Of a stretch of DNA of 64,000 nt, positions 52,820-64,000 are shown in pieces; the first letter of the stretch is position 1, and the number at the start of each line of letters is the position of its first letter. This DNA comes from Octopus sinensis (Eukaryota). The stretch spans positions 91,884,001 through 91,948,000 of the forward strand of contig NC_043000.1 in NCBI RefSeq assembly GCF_006345805.1, read 5' to 3'. The notes beneath the pieces were generated by a model. That model searched no databases and was not told the DNA's origin. It saw only the letters and a program-made list of their open reading frames with translations. Both the position numbers and the translations under genes were made by a program.

Positions 52820-53848
52820 CCTCTACAATGATGATACTTCATCCTTGAGAAGACCTCACCTATCTATCCATGACAGCTGAAATAAAATTTTAAAGAGGCA
52901 GGTGTTGAATTTTATATGAGCCTCTTCTCTTTTACTGGTTTAGGAAAGGTGGAGAGAAAAACTAAAACACACTTTCAAAAAGTTAAATAAACGTTTTAAA
53001 TAATTATCATTTTATCTTTAAAATATATTTTTTTCATTTTCTATTCTTATATTTTGTTATTTTTTTTTCCCCACAAAATATTCGTGTAGCATGAAGTATC
53101 ACTTAAACAGAAACAAGCAACAGATACTACTACTACTACTACTACTACGACCAACACCACCATCTATGTTCTATTTATTTTATTTGAGTTTTCATTTTAT
53201 TGCATGCATTTCTTGCACTACCGAATGTACAGCACTTTGAGGTGTTTAAGTGCAATGCAGTGTTTGGTTCTCCTTCACGTTTTGTTTTGTATTTTAGCCA
53301 GGCGGGAGGTCAGTGCTCGTGATCAGTCTTCGAGACTAACGGGTGGGAAGAGAAAGCTCTCCTCGAACTAGGAACCTGGCGCGTATAGTTTCAACAGGGT
53401 GAACTCCGATAAAGCCATCCGACGTGATAGATGGCGGTGCTAAATCTAGCTGCAGATTTAGATTTGCATAGGTAGATTTGAACTCAGAACGTAAAGAGTC
53501 GGACGAAATACTGCAAGGTATTCCTTCTGACGTTACTACAGTTTCTTCAACCCAACGTAATTGGATCAGTAATTTTTTTATCGACCATGCTATTCCTTTT
53601 GTCACAGCATATACGAATCGGCTGCTGATTCCCACAAATTTCTCTAAATTGAACTCATTGATTTTCTTCCTATTTGAAAAGGGGAACCTTTTCCCGAAAT
53701 ATTATAGAATCGTTAAACAACCTAAGTAAAGTAATCCTATATCGTATCTCTTTGTTTTCATTCACAGATATTATCCGACATATTTAATTTAACTCATCGC
53801 TTGCATCACTGAATGCTTTTACAAACATATACATATGTATATGTATAA

Positions 53849-53927
<79 letters not shown>

Positions 53928-53965
53928 AACATAAACACATACATTTCTATATATATATATTTACA

Positions 53966-54022
<57 letters not shown>

Positions 54023-54065
54023 TATATATAAACACATACATTTCTATATATATATATTTACATGC

Positions 54066-54096
<31 letters not shown>

Positions 54097-54887
54097 ATGT
54101 GTGTGTGTGTATATATATTGGAAAGTATAGAAAATATACTTACATATACCTATGCACACAGACGTACATGAGCACACACAAACACATACACACACGCCTA
54201 GAAAGTGTGGGTAGTGTTTAAAATGATTAGAAGAAATTTACTTTGAAATGTAAGACTGTTTTGTTTGTAGACATATGACTGCTAGATGAAGGATTTCTTT
54301 TGCGTTCTATAAGGGAATGCATAGCGAATGTCACAGAGTTAATACGGAAGTGACACCCTATACATACATCTCTTTTATCTTTCTTAAAGTTCTAGGTGGC
54401 ATGAATACTTAAAGAATTTCTTATATTTATTTTGTTTTTCGCCATTTAAATTCTCCTCCAACTTTACTGTCTGTGTCTCCTATACACACGTACGCACACA
54501 CACACACACATACATATATGTACATATATATGTATATGTATACCTACCTATCTATATATAGAGGGCTATGCATGTATGTATGTGTATAAATATATACACG
54601 CATAAGTACGTACATACACACATAAATACATGCGCATATACAAAGACTTTCAAACAAATACAAACATGTATTCTTTCTACCCTTTCCATTTTCTTCTTGA
54701 CTCAACCGATTACAGACGAAATCAGGTGAAGTTTTAATACAGAGGTTGTTGGCATCGCAGTTGTTTTTATTGTTGTTGATATTTCTCTTAGTGGTAAGAA
54801 GAAAAACATGTTAGATTGTAAAACAGAGCATAGGAAGTGTGTTTCTGTGTATGCATGTACGTATATCTGTATATGTATATGTATATG

Positions 54888-54930
<43 letters not shown>

Positions 54931-55167
54931 AAAGAGTAGGTGCACTCATATGTATGTACGTATACATGATTTTACGTAACTAGATGTGCACGTATACAAC
55001 ATACAAGATACACAGTTACCTATGTACATATATATATATATATATATACATATATATATGTGGATGCGTACATACATAGTTACATTTATACATACATTTG
55101 CATGTATGTATGTACGTATATATATATATATCTATATCTATATCTATATATTTATATTTATATATAC

Positions 55168-55254
<87 letters not shown>

Positions 55255-55265
55255 ATATATATATG

Positions 55266-55306
<41 letters not shown>

Positions 55307-55815
55307 ATTTGTGTAGGTGTCTATGTATGTGTATTTACATGCTTTGTGTATGTGGGTCGTGGTGCGATATAGAGATGGGAATGATGGTGGAGCGAATGGA
55401 TACACAATAAGTCTTTGATACAGTCTCTATGGCCAGCTGCATCTCATAAAATATGAGAAATACTGTAATTGTCAAGAGAAAGAGGAGAGAAAAGTAAAAA
55501 ATAAAATAAGAAATATAAAAAAATAAAAGAAGCAAACCCTGAAAAATGGAGAGAGAGAGAGAGAGGGGGGAGAGAGATTTGCATGCAGAAAAGACCTATT
55601 ACTCAATATATACCCAAAGTGTTAGAGACATTGCTTTACTAGCTCTAATAAATTTAATCTTTGAAGCACTTATACCATGGTCAAATGCTTGCAGTAATCT
55701 AATGGCCGCCATTACTGACAACAGACTGCCTTAAAAGTACCGATACCACTATTTGACACTGGAGCAGTCTCTTTAACCATCGTTACCATCGCTACTGCCG
55801 TCACCACCTCGGCTT

Positions 55816-55910
<95 letters not shown>

Positions 55911-57017
55911 GCTACTGCTGCTGCTGCTATCGCAGTTATTGTAGTAGGCATGTACAACCAGGGCGGGAGTCGGGAAGAAGCGAGACAAATGAGATTCCAG
56001 TAGAAAAGCAATTGTATTTTCAGATAACTTCACCAAGTTGTGCAAAGAACAAATGACGGAGTAAAAAAAAGAAGGAAAGCGAGAGAAAGAGAGAGCGGCC
56101 CAGAAGGAGAGCCCATACATATATTCACACATACATACATACACACAAACATGCATACATATATATATACACATACATACATACATACATACATACATAC
56201 ATACATACATACACACATGCATACATATACATACACACATATATATATATATGTTCTCTATTTGGTTCATCATTTGTATATATATATATATATATTATGT
56301 ATATATTAGCTTAGAATATTAGAGGAATTCTCCAGAGGTTTAAAGTTTAGTGCGAAACCTTTTCAAACTATGTATGAACTTATGTATACATTATATGCAT
56401 ATCATTCATACACATCGATGTGTATATGTGTGTGTATCTCTCTGTGTGCATGTGTATATATATGTGTGTGTGTGTGTACATCATATTGGTCAGCTGATAA
56501 AACGCACCCGAAGTTGATGTTGAAAAATATCAGCTTAGTGTATTTCTTCATAAGTAAATAAAATATCTAACTGAAAGATATTTAAATTGGTTTTGTTGGC
56601 GAAAATGCATAATTCTATGCATTAGACTAAAGTATGAAAGTGTAAATTTGTCACATACGTGTATAAAGAACGTTATATGAGTAACGTATTTCAGTTTTAC
56701 CCTCTTTCAGATCACCTGAATTATTTACATGTAGGTCAAGAGAATAACCACACAGGATGTAATGCTCATATTTTGCGTATAGTGTTTTGTCTCTACGATC
56801 GTCCCCCAGTGTGGCACATCACCACAGTCTTCTTTTTGTCAAGCAATCATTGCAATAGCTATTAAGCGGACGAAAGATTAACATTTCTTCCAAAAATGTT
56901 TCTTAAATGTAACACACTCATTAAATTATGTAAAACACATCTCAGGTTTGGGTTATGGATTCTAGGGAAAGTAGTATAACAAGATGGTGTGACCTCTCCA
57001 TACAACTGTTAACATAC

Positions 57018-57248
57018 CTATTTCTTTACCACAAGGGGCTAAACACAGAGAGGACAAGCAAGGACAGACAAACGGATTAAGCCGATTAATTCGACCCCAG
57101 TGCGTAACTGGTACTTATTTAATCGACCCCGAAAGGATGAAAGGCAAAGTCGACCTCGGCGGAATTTGAACTCAGAACGTAACGGCAGACGAAATACCGC
57201 TAGGCATTTCGCCCGACGTGCTAACGTTTCTGCCAGCTCGCCGCCTTA
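57018..57248 (-). mobile_element. SINE family B with target-site duplication
   Basis: AACTGTTAACATAC at 57004-57017 and 57255-57268 flanks the copy. Confidence 0.92.
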
Positions 57249-57304
57249 ACTGTTAACTGTTAACATACAGTAAGCAAATTTTCGCTACTTTGTCATCACG
57301 GGAT

Positions 57305-57550
57305 GCCAACCACTGACGAGCCTAAGTAGTAAGAAATCGCGTGATCTGATAGTTTCGGCGGCCGTAGCAGACGAATCTCGTTTGTCAACGATGTAAATAC
57401 GAACGATTTTATGCACGACGAGTCAGCATGAAAGGTTCTCGAAAGGTAAATAACGCAGTATTTTGCGTTCTAACACATCATCCACAATAAGTTCGAAATA
57501 AAAAGAAATTGTCTTTTGGTTTTAATACTGATTCTGTTGCCATCAATTAT
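57305..57550 (+). repeat. Unclassified ~240-bp repeat, copy 1
   Basis: Diverged direct match to 58505-58735 (e.g. AAGGTAAATAAC.CAGTA.T.TG.GTTCTAACACAT.ATCCA). Confidence 0.75.
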
Positions 57551-57608
57551 TTTTTTTAATAAGCCCACTGTCTATATGCGTCATCAATACCTCTTCAGGC
57601 ACTGAAAT

Positions 57609-57766
57609 CCTCGCCGTGTGGTAAGAAGCTTGCTTCCCAACCACATGGTTTCTAGTTCAGTCCCACTGCGTGGCATCTTAGGCAAGTGTCTTCTACTCTA
57701 GTCTCGGGCCGACCAAAGCCTTGTGAGTGGATTTGGTAGACGGAAACTGAAAGAAGTCCGTCGTGC

Positions 57767-57806
<40 letters not shown>

Positions 57807-58136
57807 CAATAATAATTCTCTAAATGAGATATAGACAGTGACTGCTCCATAACATAAGGGACATTAGCCAACTGAATATGGCTAGGGACAGGGCAGGGTG
57901 GTGGGGGTGTCACTGTTGCATTTAGCCCCAGGCGAACATCAACGTCACCAGATAGGCCGACGCCATCACGGCGTCCTCTATCTTACGGCGTCCTCTATCT
58001 TGCAAAGATAGAGGACGCCGTGATGGCGTCGGCCTATCTGGTGACGTTGATGTTCGCCTGGGGCTAAATGCAACAGTGACACCCCCACCACCCTGCTCTG
58101 TCCCTAGCCATATTCAGTTGGCTAATGTCCCTTATG

Positions 58137-58194
<58 letters not shown>

Positions 58195-58465
58195 TATATT
58201 ATATATATATCTGTATGTATGTATATATGTATGTGTGCGTGTATGTACCTGTGTGTTTAATTTTGTTCCCCCACCATCGCTTGGCAGCTGATGTTGGTGT
58301 GTTTACGTCCCCGTAACTTAATGGTTCGGTAATAGAGTCCGATAGAATAAGTACTAAGCTTACAAAAGAATGAGTCCTGGGGTCGATTTGTTCGACTAAA
58401 GGTGGTGCTCCTGCATGGCCACAGTCAAATGACTGAAACAACTAAAAGAACAAAAGAATAAAGAA
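57609..58465 (+). mobile_element. SINE family A split by an insertion in its central (TA)n tract
   Basis: Head at 57609-57770, tail at 58205-58465, palindromic insert between. Confidence 0.85.
57849..58140. repeat. Near-perfect palindrome with 136-bp arms
   Basis: 57849-57984 versus 58005-58140: one mismatch; the 20-nt spacer is a duplicate of the last 17 nt of the left arm plus GCA. Confidence 0.95.
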
Positions 58466-58504
58466 AATCATTGACAGTGAGATTCGGCTGTTAAATCGCT
58501 ATAG

Positions 58505-58735
58505 GACATCAGCCAATCAGAAGCCCAAGCTGGGTAAAATGACGTAATGTGATAGTTCCAGCTGCCGTACTGGACGGTTCTCGCCTGTAAACGTTATAAA
58601 TACGTGCGCTTTCATGCATGACGAGTCCGTATGAGAAGTTATCTCAAGGTAAATAACACAGTACTCTGTGTTCTAACACATTATCCATATTAAGTTAGCG
58701 ATAGAGATTGCCTTTCGGTGACAATACTCTTTATG
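58505..58735 (+). repeat. Unclassified ~240-bp repeat, copy 2, with CCAAT, TGACGTAA, TATAAATA and a splice-donor-like motif
   Basis: AGCCAATCAG 58511, TGACGTAA 58540, TATAAATA 58595, AAG|GTAAAT 58649. Confidence 0.7.
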
Positions 58736-58743
58736 GCGTTATC

Positions 58744-58776
<33 letters not shown>

Positions 58777-58875
58777 CACATACATATACATATATATATA
58801 AAAATGTGACCGCGTGTGTACCGTTGGCGATTTTTTCCCTCTGTCTTCCCTTCTCTGGATCTTACCTTCTCCTAT

Positions 58876-58910
58876 GTTTCCGACGAAGAGCTCCGCTCGA
58901 AACGTTAAAC
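58876..58910 (+). ncRNA. Minimal type I hammerhead motif, U4C core, within a ~210-bp repeat (58800-59012)
   Basis: GTTT-CCGACGA-A-GAGC-TCC-GCTC-GAAA-C-GTT-AAAC; palindromic stem III ACGT, GUU site, 4-bp stem I. Confidence 0.75.
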
Positions 58911-59005
58911 CCGCCTTCTTTCCTTCTTTCCTGAGCGTCCAATAATACTATATTTGTTCCACGTCCTCGCGTTGTTGTGTTTTTTGTGCTTTCATGTTTG
59001 GATTA

Positions 59006-59051
<46 letters not shown>

Positions 59052-59646
59052 CGTAAATCCAAACTTACAGAGAAAAATTAGATTTAGGATTAAATCAAAT
59101 TTTACAGTATAAATATAAATCAAATTAGAGATAAAACCACTATTGGGCAAATCAAACAGTGAAAAACATAAACCAAAACATAAAAATAAATATAATTAAT
59201 ATAATATACAAAATATATAAAATATAAAATTTAAAATTAAATTATTTAAATTTAAAATTTTTAATTTATATTTATAAATTTTTATATTTTTTAATATTTT
59301 TTAAATTTTAAATTTATAAATTTTTAAACCTTTAATTTTTTAATATTATAATAAAAATTTTTTTTTTATATATATAACTATCAAAAAGGTATTAAAAAGT
59401 TTAATATAATATAATAAGTATAATAAGTAAAACCACATGCTTATATATGCATGCTTATATATTACTGTTTATTTTTATGTTCAGTTATAGTAAAAACAAT
59501 TTTATATTAATCTGATGGGTTACGCAATACTTTTGTAGAGTCCAATTTCTTATTCTTATACAAGAACGTTGTTGACAGAAAGTTCAAAGTTTCGGCCAGC
59601 TAAGCCTTCGTGGCCTTCGAAGCCGATGCTTACAATATTCTTGTGT

Positions 59647-59718
<72 letters not shown>

Positions 59719-59882
59719 AAGAGATCCATCTATATATACACAAACATATATACATACATGCACATATACAGCCACAGTTATATATATATATATACAAACG
59801 TGAATGTGTATATACATACATACATGCATATATATATATATTTAAAAAAGGAGATGTGGAACACGAGTTGTGATATATAAAA

Positions 59883-60114
59883 AAGGAAATGAAGAAAATG
59901 CTGATAAAATAATTTAAGTAATTTAAGTAATTTAATTAGGTGAAAGTTCTTTTTACCGGTTGCGCATTTGTTATGCTTATCAAAAGTTTTTTTCCTCTTA
60001 TCTGATAAGAGGAAAAAATCTTTTGATAAGCATAACAAATGCGCAACCGGTAAAAATAACTTTCACCTAATTAAATTACTTAAATTATTTTGTCAGCATT
60101 TTCTTCATTTCCTT
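59883..60114. repeat. Near-perfect palindrome with a 1-nt centre
   Basis: CCTCTTATC-T-GATAAGAGG centred at 60003; arms of about 120 and 111 bp with few differences, including a 9-bp duplication on the left. Confidence 0.95.
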
Positions 60115-60809
60115 ATATATATATATATATGTATATCAGCAGAAGCACATAAATGTGAAACAAGGTGGAAAAAATAGTACTCGAATACAGGAGGTAGAGT
60201 AATATACTTTGTTAATAAAACTGCAAAGACATCACAAAAACTGTTACTCAGAGTTTCACGTTCATTAATTTCTATCTATTCTCAACCAAAACTCTCCGAC
60301 GAACAGGAACATGAAACTGAGTAACAGTTTTGTGATGTCTTTTCAGCTTTGTTAAGTATATATATATATGTATATATATATGCATGTATGTATGTATGTA
60401 TGCATGTATGTATGTATGTATGTATGTATGAATGGATGGATGGATGGATGGATGGATGGATGGATGGATGGATGGATGGATGGATGTGCATATGCATTTA
60501 TGTATATACATACATGTGCGAGTGTGTGTATGCTTGTGACTTCTACTTGTCATTCATTTTCAATATTCTGCGAAAATATTTCCTGGGCGAATTTACCTTG
60601 CTTCGAAATAGGTAAGGGTTGGCAACAGAAAGGTCATCCACCCCACCAAAGCAAATCTATCTCAATAAATTCCGTCATGGCCATACAGGTATATAAATGT
60701 GGGCTTTAAAAAAAACCCTGAAAACGAGTGTATGATTTGAGGATGTTTAGGTCGTTATTTGTAGTTGGTCAAGAAACAACGAATAATATACTTCCTTAGC
60801 TAGTAGGTA

Positions 60810-61830
60810 GATCAGGGGAGAGGAAAAAAGAGAAGAAAGGGATCAGAGTTAGCTGGAATATAGACACGAATAGGAGTACCAGAGGGTGTAAGAAAGAGGG
60901 ACGAGAGTATGAGATAGAAAGGGTATTGGGAGTAAGAGAGAGTGAGAATGAAATATAAGGGAGAAAGGAATATAGAAGTGGAGGAGAAGAATATGGAAGA
61001 GTATTAAATATTAGGGGCAAAGGGCAAAGAGTTGAGAGCGAGAGAATTTTTGAGTAAAGGAGAAAGAGATGGAGGTAATGAGAAACAAGTGGAAGTATGA
61101 GGGAGTAGAAAACATAATAGGAAGGAAAGAGGAAGGGAGTGGTTGTATAATAGAATTGAGGGTAAGTGAGAGGGAATAAGGAGGTAGGGTAAAGAATGAG
61201 TAGAAATTGGTGTGAGTGAAAGAAAAAGAATGAATGATAGAAAGTGGAATAAAAGAGAGATCAAAGAAAGCTGGGTAAAGATAGGATATATCAATAAAGT
61301 GAAAGAAGAAAAGAAAGAGATTTTGCATATAGTGATCATGGTAGTGATGGAGGTGGTGAGAGTAATGGTTGTGGTGGTGGTTTGGTGGTAGTTGTGATGG
61401 TGGTGGCCGTGATGATGCTGGTAATGGTGGTGATGATGGTGACTGGTGTATGAATGAAAGATAGAGAGACAGAGAAGAAAAGGAATTTAGAGATAATGTA
61501 GCGGTAGTAAAAGAATGAGAGAAAGAGGAAGAGAAATCTGTGAGAGGAAATAGAAGTGTGTTAAATAGAGACAGAGTGCTAACAAGAGAGAGAGAGGAGA
61601 GAGTTAGTATTGAGAGAGAGACATAGGGAAAGCAGAGAGAAGGAGAAGAAAGAGTGTGTGTGAGAGAGAGAGAAGGAGAGGAGAGAAAGTGTGTATTGAT
61701 AGGGAGAGAGAGAGAAAAGAGAGTATGTGTGTGTTGAGAGAGAGGGAGAAGAGAAAGAATGAGTTGATAGGGAAAGATGAAAATGAAGGAGGCTTAAAAA
61801 GAAAGAGTGAGAAAGTGATAAAGATAAGAG
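60810..61830 (+). repeat. About 1 kb purine-rich (GA) low-complexity tract with a central GGT-rich segment
   Basis: Strong strand asymmetry; no consistent period. Confidence 0.8.
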
Positions 61831-62362
61831 AAAGTGTGTGTTTATGTACGTGTGCGTGTTTTTTTATGTGCGTACGTGGATGTGTGTATGTACTAGCATG
61901 CGTGTGTGTGTGTGTGTGTGTATGTGTGTGTGTGTGAAAGATCCTGTGTTTTACGTACTTTCTATCAAAAATATCAAGTCTTTATATCAAACTATTTTAA
62001 GGTCGGTGGTGTTGCTCCAAATTTGGCATCGATCCCGATCTCCATCATAAATGGATATCGACTATGTCAGATAACACTTTCCCTCCTCTATCTGACCGGA
62101 CATGTCTACAGCAAATTACTGGAGGATTTATCGAGTGTTATTTGTGAAGGAAGTGATGATGAGGTGTAGGGAAGAAGGGAAAAGAATTGCTTGATGCGGA
62201 GCTCTGGAAACATCCCAGTATAGTCAAGTACAGCCTGACTCTATTACTGTATGTTTCCCCTCTCTTTGATTCAAACTCAAACTATTGTTAATTAAACTTA
62301 AACTAAACTATGATTTAAAATACCCAACATCGTCCATTCTTTCACTAATATTTTAGATGCAT

Positions 62363-62880
62363 TAGGGTGGCGAGCTGGCAGAATCGTTAGCACACCGGGC
62401 GAGATGCTTATCGGTATTTCGTCTGCCGTCACGTTCTGAGTTCAAATTCCGCCGCGGTCGACTTTGCCTTTCATCCTTTCGGTGTCGATAAATTAAGTAC
62501 CAGTTACGCACTAGAGTCGATGTAATCGACTTAATCCCTTTGCCTGTCCTTGTTTGTCCTCTCTGTGTTTAGCTCCTTGTGGATAGTAAAGAAATAGGTA
62601 TTTCGCCTGCCGCTACGTTCTGAGTTCAAATTCCGCCGAGGTCGACTTGCCTTTCATCCTTTCGGGCTCGATTAAATAAGTACCAGTTACGCACTGGGGT
62701 CAATGTAACCGACAAACAAGGACAGACAAAATGGTTAAGTCGATTACTTGACCTCAGTGCGTAACTGGTACTTAATTTAATCGACCCCGAAGGGATGAAT
62801 GGCAAAGTCGACCTCGGCGGAATTTGAACTCCGAACGTAGCGGCAGACGAAATAGCGCTAAGCATTTCGCCCAGCGTGTT
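62363..62880. mobile_element. Cluster of three SINE family B copies (+,+,-)
   Basis: 62363-62597 (+), 62598-62712 (+, partial), 62713-62880 (-). Confidence 0.9.
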
Positions 62881-63112
62881 ATATATATTGGATAATAAAA
62901 CTAATGGTTTACACCTGGTAGCTTACTGGTAAAGCACGGTCACGTTCACAGTGATCGTTATGTACATGGCAAATGAAAGACGGAAGATGGAATATACTAG
63001 AATTTATTAATCACGACAATTGTTTCGACACATCTAGCATCGATCCCTCACGAGTGGGACACTCAACAGCTGGTTCAAGAGCATTCGGCGGTATAAACAA
63101 ATAAATACGATA

Positions 63113-63520
63113 AATGCTCATGCATAAATTAATCAAAATGTCCATTGATGAATCTCGGTATGAGTACAAATCTTGCAAACAAAGGGAGGACCGAATGTTT
63201 ACATTGGGCAGACGGCTGATTCGCTTGAGAATCGTTATCGTAACCATGTCACCAGTTTTGAGACAATCAATAAGAGACATCCAATATCTTTGGCTGATTT
63301 TGTATGATGCTATTTTCCGTGATGTTATTTTTTTTTTGTATGATGACTGAAGGACGATAAAATGAAGCACAGCATAACTTGGTCCATAGTAAGGCACACG
63401 AAACCATGCAATGTAATTTCCAGGAGATGCCGTCTCTACGCCGAGGAATGAGAAAATCATTAATAGACTAATGAGAGATGCCTCGACGCATATAGATGTA
63501 CTTTCGCACCATGCAGTGGG
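63113..63520 (+). pseudogene. Degenerate GIY-YIG domain of a second PLE lineage
   Basis: KCSCIN*SKCPL ... VYIGQTADSLENRYRNHVTSF (from 63197) ... LKDDKMKHSITWSIVRHTKPCNVISRRCRLYAEE; this frame is not in the supplied ORF track. Confidence 0.8.
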
Positions 63521-63758
63521 AATGAATTTTACGTAACTGTTAAAATAATTTACTTTACGGTATGGATGAATAAGTTTACTTATATATTCCTCATTCTTAC
63601 AAACACAAAGTAGATAGTTAACTCGCTTTGTGATCATGAGTGCTCCAAACCTCACGTGAGCATATGCTCATATTTTCGCGGATGCTTATGTAAGAGAATG
63701 TACTCACGCCATGCAGCTTGCCAGAGGGCGTTTATACATCCATATTTGTTAACGGTTA

Positions 63759-64000
63759 TCTTTATATATAAAAGTGAGGTTGTGTGCTGTCTGTCTCCTA
63801 CGATTTAGATTCCTAACTACTCCCACATTTTGCGGTGCAGTTTAACCAAAACCGGGTATCTTATAGTCTTGATTCATATCGAGCCCTTCTGGGTATTAGC
63901 GCGCGTCTACGATGAGTCTACGATTTAAAAAGAAATTTACCATCAATTTTTCCCATTTTAATGCATTTTTGGCATATATAAGGGAAGTAACTCTCTAAAA
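63759..64000 (+). mobile_element. 5' end of a Helitron-like non-autonomous element (runs off the window)
   Basis: A|TCTTTATATATAAAAG..GTCTGTCT start resembles the 5' end of the 9337-9707 element. Confidence 0.5.

Noticed and set aside
59170-59420. Almost pure A/T tract
   Set aside because: No period or structure; could be low-complexity decay or poor consensus quality.
60244-60330. Type III hammerhead fold
   Set aside because: The candidate NUH is consumed by the inverted-repeat pairing and stem II does not form.
63300-63450. In-frame TGA codons as possible selenocysteine recoding
   Set aside because: They fall at Trp- or Lys-like positions and in a local duplication, not at conserved Cys; TAA and TAG stops are also present.
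63011-63655. 214-aa minus-strand ORF as a novel protein
   Set aside because: It is the antisense shadow of a degenerate GIY-YIG on the plus strand.

Overview
AT-rich, microsatellite-saturated eukaryotic DNA with no recognisable host gene, rRNA, tRNA gene or CRISPR array. The tRNA-headed SINE families and the (TA)n/(ATT)n/(TATC)n landscape look like an Octopus (coleoid cephalopod) genome; this is inference from recalled repeat sequences. Most listed ORFs are microsatellite artefacts. Real coding signal is all transposon-derived: a young Penelope-like element (PLE; RT plus GIY-YIG) at 39.9-44.8 kb with a 1.4-kb inverted terminal arm, two further PLE fragments, an RTE LINE, R4/Dong-like REL fragments inside (TAA)n tracts, two Tx1/L1-like 3' ends, a D,D34D mariner, Tc1-like relics, hAT and other MITEs, and Helitron-like elements. 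The most notable unannotated layer is a set of minimal type I hammerhead ribozyme (HHR) motifs from several unrelated repeat families: six near-intact and several decayed, including a U3-A8 compensated core, recurrent U4C cores and very long stem II insertions. There is also a high density of fold-back palindromes. All analysis was by eye, so outer boundaries are approximate and no activity is demonstrated.
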